From: an uncultured virus (IMG/VR IMGVR_UViG_3300027782_003801) | Taxonomy: Duplodnaviria; Heunggongvirae; Uroviricota; Caudoviricetes | Strand: one strand, 5' to 3' | Length of the DNA: 64,000 bases | IMG/VR virus record: IMGVR_UViG_3300027782_003801 | In this document: in pieces, positions 58,347 through 64,000 of the stretch | How positions within the stretch are numbered: position 1 is the stretch's first letter | How the letters are laid out: each line of letters starts with the position of its first letter | Program-made: the position numbers and the translations under genes | Notes under the pieces: model-generated | Databases searched by the model: none | Told to the model about the DNA's origin: nothing | What the model saw: only the letters and a program-made list of their open reading frames with translations

Positions 58347-58990
58347 GTAAATCAATAAATAATAGTTCAATGTGGAATGTTAAACCACTTAAGTTGTCAA
58401 TATTAGTACCAACAAGAGACACTGTACATTCTCAATTTGCATATTGTTTAACACAACTATATAATACAACAAGAGAAGCTGGAATTGATACATATCTATT
58501 CTTTGATTCAAGTACGATATTATTGAATCAAAGAAATAATCTTATTAAAAGTGCTAAGGAAGTAAATTCAGATTATGTTCTATGGTTAGATAGTGACATG
58601 ATGTTCCCACCAACCACCGCATTACGTCTTTTAGAACACGATAAGGACATCGTTGCTTGTAACTATATGAGACGTTCAAAACCTCTTAAAACGGTTGCAT
58701 ATACCGATTTAAATGATTGGAACAGTTGGGTCCCATTAGAACCACTGGAAGATTTAATTAAAGTACAAGGTGTAGGTATGGGGTGCATGTTAATGAAATT
58801 AGATATGTTCGATAAATTGGAAAAACCATATTTTGAATTTCAATATAAAGAAAACACCGAAGATTACTTCGGTGAGGACTTCATATTATTAGGTAAGTTA
58901 AGAAATTTAGAATATGATGTTTATATTGATACAATTTTAAGTGTTGATATAAAACATTTAGGAATATATGCCTTTGGAAATAACGATTAA
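58343..58990 (+). CDS. GT2-like glycosyltransferase
   Basis: ILVPTRD, RNNL, VLWLDSDM, GMGCML, GEDF. Confidence 0.75.
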   Translation: MSKSINNSSMWNVKPLKLSILVPTRDTVHSQFAYCLTQLYNTTREAGIDTYLFFDSSTILLNQRNNLIKSAKEVNSDYVLWLDSDMMFPPTTALRLLEHDKDIVACNYMRRSKPLKTVAYTDLNDWNSWVPLEPLEDLIKVQGVGMGCMLMKLDMFDKLEKPYFEFQYKENTEDYFGEDFILLGKLRNLEYDVYIDTILSVDIKHLGIYAFGNND

Positions 58991-58991
58991 G

Positions 58992-60092
58992 TTACTTGAT
59001 TTCTATAGATAAATTACCAACATTATACATACCAGGTTCGTATTCCTGAATAATCATTTTCAATACTGTTATGTTGTTGAAATCTTCTTGAGTTAAATCA
59101 GATGTTAATTTTACCATAACATCAACATCATCGTAATTTTCGAATTTAGATTTTAAATCATAACGAGTTGTTGATTGTTCAGTTTCGATATAATCTTGAG
59201 GAGGGGTACCTAAATTAATTTTATTAAAGAATGGTTCCAATAAAATTAAATTACTATCGTCATTTATTGTTAAACCTATATTTAAATTCTTATATGTAAA
59301 ATCATCTTTCTGTTGATAATTTACTTGGTTGAATGTTGAAATTGGAATACCCCATTTTCTGACAAAATTTCTATTTGAAAATATCTCAATATTTTGTCTC
59401 TTATCTTTCATTTCATCACTAAATCTTGATGTTTGGGACACGAAATGATATGTTATGGCACATTCAGTTGTCTTTAACTTGTATCCTTTTAATTTTGCTC
59501 TAATTAAAAAATCATCATCTTCACAAAAACATGGAACAAAACTAAATCCATCAAAACCGCCCAAATCAATAAACATATCTTTACGTCCACTCATAAAGAA
59601 AACTGCACCATCATAAAGTTCACATTTATCTTTATTTTGTTTAACGTACTTATCAAACAATTTCTTATTAAAATTATCAAAACCAGTACCCATATCTAAT
59701 ATTACTTTACCGGGTCTTTGATGACCAGCAAATATTGGAGGTTCAATTGTGGTATATGATAATAATGTATTCGGATTTTCATCTAATAATCTATCTAAAT
59801 TTTCTAAAAACCCTTTACCTATAACCATATCATTATGAATTAGAACTAATTTTTCGGTGTCTACTAAATCAATACCAGCATTATATGTTTCAGAGAATGT
59901 TAATCTATCATCATCGTGAAAGAAAGATAAGTTTTCATCTTCTAAAGATTCTAACCATTCTTTAGTACCATCACTTGAACCACCACTACTAATTACCAAT
60001 GGAGATTTGGGATAAACCTTACGTAGATGTTTATAACATTCTTTTGTTAAACCTAATTTATTATAAACTGCCAATACAAAACTAATATTCAT
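58992..60092 (-). CDS. GT2 glycosyltransferase
   Basis: VLAVYN, GSSDGT, YNAG, LIHND, LGGFD, EDDD. Confidence 0.85.
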   Translation of the reverse strand: MNISFVLAVYNKLGLTKECYKHLRKVYPKSPLVISSGGSSDGTKEWLESLEDENLSFFHDDDRLTFSETYNAGIDLVDTEKLVLIHNDMVIGKGFLENLDRLLDENPNTLLSYTTIEPPIFAGHQRPGKVILDMGTGFDNFNKKLFDKYVKQNKDKCELYDGAVFFMSGRKDMFIDLGGFDGFSFVPCFCEDDDFLIRAKLKGYKLKTTECAITYHFVSQTSRFSDEMKDKRQNIEIFSNRNFVRKWGIPISTFNQVNYQQKDDFTYKNLNIGLTINDDSNLILLEPFFNKINLGTPPQDYIETEQSTTRYDLKSKFENYDDVDVMVKLTSDLTQEDFNNITVLKMIIQEYEPGMYNVGNLSIEIK

Positions 60093-60111
60093 TTTTTTAT
60101 TTTAATTTAAA

Positions 60112-61104
60112 TTATTTTTTCCAAAAACTATAAATTCCTTTTTCCACTTCATAGTTACCCCAAACAAATCTTTTACGATTATGTTGTTTTTGTACCCATT
60201 CCCACATTTGAGATAATCCATCGTATAATGTCGTCTTATCTTCATAACCTAATAAATCTACAGATTTTTGCCAAGTGGGTACAGCAATTTTTACTTCATG
60301 TCTTTGTTCTTTATATACTGTTTGACCATCTTTTATTACTTCTTTTAATGTTTCATTTGCCTCATTAATAGTATAATGACGTGTCCCACCTAAATTAATA
60401 ATTTCTTTAGAACAATTTTCTTCTTGTGAAGATTTCCATAACGGTTCTAAACAATCATCAATAAAACTAAACGCTCTCTTTTGTTCGCCATCACCAAAAA
60501 TTGACATTGGTTCACCATTCATATATTGATACATCCAAATACCTAATACATTACGATATTTGTCCCATATGTTCTGTTTAACACCATATACATTATGTGG
60601 CCTAATGATACACCAATCAAGACCATGCTGTTCACCAGCGACCTTAATATCCATTTCACAGGCATATTTTGCAATACCATATGGATCAACAGGACAAGGT
60701 ACTTGTTTTTCATCAAATATATCCCCATTACCATGACCATATACTGCCATTGTTGACGTGAACACCAATCTTTTAACATCGTGCTTAATACATTCATTTA
60801 TGATACGTGATGTTGCAACTAAATTGTTTTGGTAATTATAACTTCTAATGAATGGTGATAACCCTTCAGCGGCATATGCTGCCATATGATAAACGTAATC
60901 AAATTGATGTCTTTCAAAACATTCTGAAATGTTACCATTAACCAAATTCATTTGCCACAACTCAACTTTTGAGTTAACATTTTCAATGTATCCACCACTT
61001 AAATCGTCAATACCGACAATTTGAACTTCTGGTTTATTTTCAATTATCCAATCAGATAATCTTGATCCAAGTAATCCAGCAACACCTGTAATTAGTATTT
61101 TCAT
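60112..61104 (-). CDS. NAD-dependent NDP-sugar epimerase (GalE-like)
   Basis: GVAGLLG, TSTMAVYG, PYGIAK, RPHNVYG. Confidence 0.9.
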   Translation of the reverse strand: MKILITGVAGLLGSRLSDWIIENKPEVQIVGIDDLSGGYIENVNSKVELWQMNLVNGNISECFERHQFDYVYHMAAYAAEGLSPFIRSYNYQNNLVATSRIINECIKHDVKRLVFTSTMAVYGHGNGDIFDEKQVPCPVDPYGIAKYACEMDIKVAGEQHGLDWCIIRPHNVYGVKQNIWDKYRNVLGIWMYQYMNGEPMSIFGDGEQKRAFSFIDDCLEPLWKSSQEENCSKEIINLGGTRHYTINEANETLKEVIKDGQTVYKEQRHEVKIAVPTWQKSVDLLGYEDKTTLYDGLSQMWEWVQKQHNRKRFVWGNYEVEKGIYSFWKK

Positions 61105-61144
61105 ATTCTTTTAATTATCTACGTAAAGAGATTTATTCATTCTT

Positions 61145-61993
61145 TTATTTATTCAAATAGTTTTTAATATAATCACTTATATTTTTAGTTGGTTGCCATC
61201 CCAATATTAATTTTGCCAAATAATTTTCACATAAAGTTACTTGAGCCTCCCCTGGTTTATCTTCTGCAAAGATAAACTCACGATTAAACATTAAAGCAAT
61301 GTCCTTTATTGAAAAGTTTATTCCTCTACCCAATTCAAAAATATGACCCCAAGCATTTTTTTCGAATATTTTTACTAATCCATCAACAATATCGTCTATA
61401 TGTGTAAAATCTCTTCTTTTTGTACCATCACCATAAATTGTCAATGGTTGGTTATTTTCAATTGATTTCTCCCACGCACCAATCAATGTACAATAGCCAC
61501 CACTTTTTAAATGATATGGGCCATAGACATTATAGAATCTTGCAATTGATGATTTTAAATTAAAATGTTCTTGATATAATTGTATGATTTCTTCACCAAC
61601 ATCTTTACTAAACGTATAAGGGTTTTTAAACTTACCACTGTGGTGAGAACTACTACCAGCATAAACCAAAGGGATGTTATTTCTAACACAAAATTCCGCA
61701 ATATACATTGTACCATTTGCGTTAGTTTTAAAATAATTTATCGGGTCTTTAAATGATGGTTGTATTCTTGCAATTGCGGCAAGATGATATACAATCTCAA
61801 AATTATCAAATACCGCCCAATCTCTATAACAAAAACTAATATCTTCATTTAGATATCTAACACCATCAATATGATTAGTTCTTGATCCTGTTGAGTAGTT
61901 GTCAATTGAAGTTATTTGATGACCTTCAGTTACTAATCTTTTAATTAAATTGGTACCAACAAACCCTGCACCACCTGTTACTAATATTTTCAT
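61145..61993 (-). CDS. NAD-dependent epimerase/dehydratase
   Basis: GGAGFVG, HLAA, PYTFSK, RFYNVYGP, GDG..RRDFTHIDD. Confidence 0.9.
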   Translation of the reverse strand: MKILVTGGAGFVGTNLIKRLVTEGHQITSIDNYSTGSRTNHIDGVRYLNEDISFCYRDWAVFDNFEIVYHLAAIARIQPSFKDPINYFKTNANGTMYIAEFCVRNNIPLVYAGSSSHHSGKFKNPYTFSKDVGEEIIQLYQEHFNLKSSIARFYNVYGPYHLKSGGYCTLIGAWEKSIENNQPLTIYGDGTKRRDFTHIDDIVDGLVKIFEKNAWGHIFELGRGINFSIKDIALMFNREFIFAEDKPGEAQVTLCENYLAKLILGWQPTKNISDYIKNYLNK

Positions 61994-61996
61994 ATG

Positions 61997-62791
61997 TTAT
62001 AACCTCATTCCTTTTGGAACTTTTTTTTGAAATTTATTATTTTCTTTATCCATAAATTCAAATATACCCAAATCTAAATTATGTTTTTTTACCAATTCAT
62101 TCATAGCCATTACATCTTTTGGTAAACACATACCACCATATCCACCAAATGTTTTATTTACATTTAAATAATGTCCTTCTTGAATACCATGAAATAAAAA
62201 TGAATCTTTAATAACATCATAATCACCACCCATTTCTTCTGCAATTTTTGCAAAACTATTAGCAAATGTAATTCGTAATGCTTTGTAAGTATTTGAAAAA
62301 TATTTAACCAATTCTGCTTCAATTGGTTTAATTTGTACTTTATGTACGGGAAGTGTACCATGTGATTCAACTATTTTAGTATATACCACATCATTATCTG
62401 TTCCTACAATTAGAATATTATTATTGTGTACAAAATCTTCATACGCACATCTTTCTCTTAAAAATTCAGGAACAAAACATATATTTAAGTGTGGATACAA
62501 ATTTGTATAAGTAGTAGTGGTGCCAGGTTCTACTGTGCTTTTTATTGCAACAATACCATTATAACCCAAACTAGATAAATTTGATATGGTTTCATCAACT
62601 GATCCAATATAACATTTACCATTTTCATCTGATGGTGTTCCTACACAAATATAAACAATTTCAGTATCTAATATATCATTTAATGTTGTATTTAATTTTA
62701 TATCATGTCCTATTACTTCATTTCCTATATATTCAAATCCTTGTTTAACTGCTGTGCCTACTGCACCTAATCCTATAATTCCTATTTTCAT
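61997..62791 (-). CDS. UDP-glucose 6-dehydrogenase family, lacking the C-terminal domain
   Basis: GLGAVG, CVGTP, KSTVEPGT, PEFLRE, GYGGMCLPKD; ends shortly after. Confidence 0.85.
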   Translation of the reverse strand: MKIGIIGLGAVGTAVKQGFEYIGNEVIGHDIKLNTTLNDILDTEIVYICVGTPSDENGKCYIGSVDETISNLSSLGYNGIVAIKSTVEPGTTTTYTNLYPHLNICFVPEFLRERCAYEDFVHNNNILIVGTDNDVVYTKIVESHGTLPVHKVQIKPIEAELVKYFSNTYKALRITFANSFAKIAEEMGGDYDVIKDSFLFHGIQEGHYLNVNKTFGGYGGMCLPKDVMAMNELVKKHNLDLGIFEFMDKENNKFQKKVPKGMRL

Positions 62792-62862
62792 TATAATAAA
62801 TTTTTTATTATTTCATTTCCGTTATAATTTGCTGTTACAAATACGGTATTAGTTTCTTCCAT
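62791..62862 (-). pseudogene. 23-codon mini-ORF coupled to both neighbours (probable collapsed gene)
   Basis: MEETNTVFVTANYNGNEIIKNLL; starts inside the upstream gene end; stop overlaps the next ATG (TAATG). Confidence 0.45.
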
Positions 62863-63772
62863 TTTTTAATATTTTTAATCCGTTTTGTAATGAAATATAT
62901 TGATAATCACCAATAATATTTTTTAATTTAACCAATGATGGTTTTCTTCTTTTTGTGTCATTTACCCAACCTTCTTTAAATTCAATTTCTTTTTCAATTT
63001 CATATACTTCAAATATTTTTTTAGTTAATTCTAAAATGGTAATTTGTGAGTCATTTCCTATGTTATAAATACCGGTTGCCGATTTTGCTAATTTATATGC
63101 AATTTTAATATGGTCATCTACAAAACAAAATGAACGTGTTTGTGTACCATCACCATAAATGTAAAAACTTTCGTCATTAATTCTATTAATTAATTCAGGT
63201 ATAACTTGTCCGTATCCACCCGACACCATTCTATCACCATATGTATTAAATGGTCTTAATATTAAATGTTCAACACCATTTCTTTCACACCAAATTCTAA
63301 CTTGAAATTCACCAACTGTTTTTGATACTGCATATGAATCTCTATCTGCTAAGCTATTTAAAATAATATCATGTGTCTCTAGGGTAGGTAATTCAGGTGT
63401 GGGGCCATATACTTCCGATGATGATGTATAAATTATTTTTTTAACCGATGTTACACCCTCGCAGGCTAATAATATATTTTCTGTAATTTTAATATTGTCA
63501 GTTAATACTTTGAATGGAATGTCATAAAAATAACGAGTACCATTGATAGCGGCGTAATGAAATATAAACTCGGGGTTTTCCTTTGATATAATTTCTTTAA
63601 ATGGAATTGTCATATCCCATTCATAAAATGTAAAATTAGAATGTGTTGGTAAATTTTCTTTTTTACCTCTAAAAAAATTATCAACACCTACAACATCATG
63701 TCCTTCCGATAAAAGATAATCTACTAAATGACTTCCTAAAAATCCTGCCGCACCTGTGACTAATATTTTCAT
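62849..63772 (-). CDS. UDP-glucuronate decarboxylase-like extended SDR
   Basis: GAAGFLGSH, TSSSEVYG, RDSYAVSK, RPFNTYG.RM, GDGTQTRSFCFV.D. Confidence 0.8.
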   Translation of the reverse strand: MKILVTGAAGFLGSHLVDYLLSEGHDVVGVDNFFRGKKENLPTHSNFTFYEWDMTIPFKEIISKENPEFIFHYAAINGTRYFYDIPFKVLTDNIKITENILLACEGVTSVKKIIYTSSSEVYGPTPELPTLETHDIILNSLADRDSYAVSKTVGEFQVRIWCERNGVEHLILRPFNTYGDRMVSGGYGQVIPELINRINDESFYIYGDGTQTRSFCFVDDHIKIAYKLAKSATGIYNIGNDSQITILELTKKIFEVYEIEKEIEFKEGWVNDTKRRKPSLVKLKNIIGDYQYISLQNGLKILKNGRN

Positions 63773-63773
63773 G

Positions 63774-64000
63774 TTAAGCTTTATAAATTCTCATCCAATG
63801 TTCAATCATTTCATCCATCATACCCTCAAAAGTGTACTCTGGTTTCCAACCTAATGTTTCTTTAATTTTTGTACAATCACCTTTCAAATAAGATAATTCT
63901 TCAGGTCTTAAAAATTTAGGATTTTGTACAATGTAGTCTTCGTAATTTAATCCTAATTGACCAAACACATACTTACACATATCACGTACAGATCTACTCT
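63774..64000 (-). CDS. gmd: GDP-mannose 4,6-dehydratase, 3' end (partial)
   Basis: KFLRPEEL.YLKGDC.K....LGWKPEYTF..MM.EM. Confidence 0.8.
   Translation of the reverse strand, partial: SRSVRDMCKYVFGQLGLNYEDYIVQNPKFLRPEELSYLKGDCTKIKETLGWKPEYTFEGMMDEMIEHWMRIYKA

Noticed and set aside
1..64000. Giant eukaryotic virus or bacterial O-antigen/capsule locus
   Set aside because: Phage fibre motifs with an S74 chaperone and overlapping operonic genes are present; no wzx/wzy/ABC export or initiating transferase is seen
1..64000. Stop-codon recoding, tRNA or rRNA genes
   Set aside because: Genes tile densely and intact under code 11; no tRNA/rRNA-like sequence noticed in the short intergenic gaps

Overview
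This is a strongly AT-rich, gene-dense segment of a large tailed phage, translated with standard code 11. Leaders are A-rich and lack Shine-Dalgarno motifs, which suggests (inference) a Bacteroidota-type host. Two virion-fibre/receptor-binding gene blocks (1-11.2 kb and 55.5-57.9 kb) carry Gly-X-Y Ser/Thr/Asn collagen-like fibres plus fibrinogen-like, C1q, LamG and peptidase S74 domains. They bracket a ~45 kb glycan and tailoring island that continues to the window end. The island encodes: GT7, GT2, GT4, fucosyltransferase-like and DUF5672 transferases; seven paralogues of an unannotated GT10-like family; a GDP-sugar pathway (DmhA-like dehydratase, ColD-like 3-dehydratase, Cj1430-like epimerase, two Fcl-like SDRs, TPP E1 alpha/beta); an amidinotransferase, a carbamoyltransferase and an APS kinase; methyltransferases; two radical SAM enzymes; and five 2OG-Fe(II) oxygenases. 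Best candidates for novel biology: (1) a phage virion-protein glycosylation system with a GT4-FkbM-TibC/Aah fusion directly upstream of a Ser-rich fibre; (2) a shared C-terminal K/R-x-[LI][LI] tail on unrelated tailoring enzymes that surround a permuted ATP-grasp-like protein with three tandem Hint domains; (3) LamG-like lectin modules grafted into or onto GT7 and radical SAM enzymes; (4) a probable branched 3,6-dideoxy (higher) sugar pathway. All family calls come from motif recognition by eye; no searches were run.
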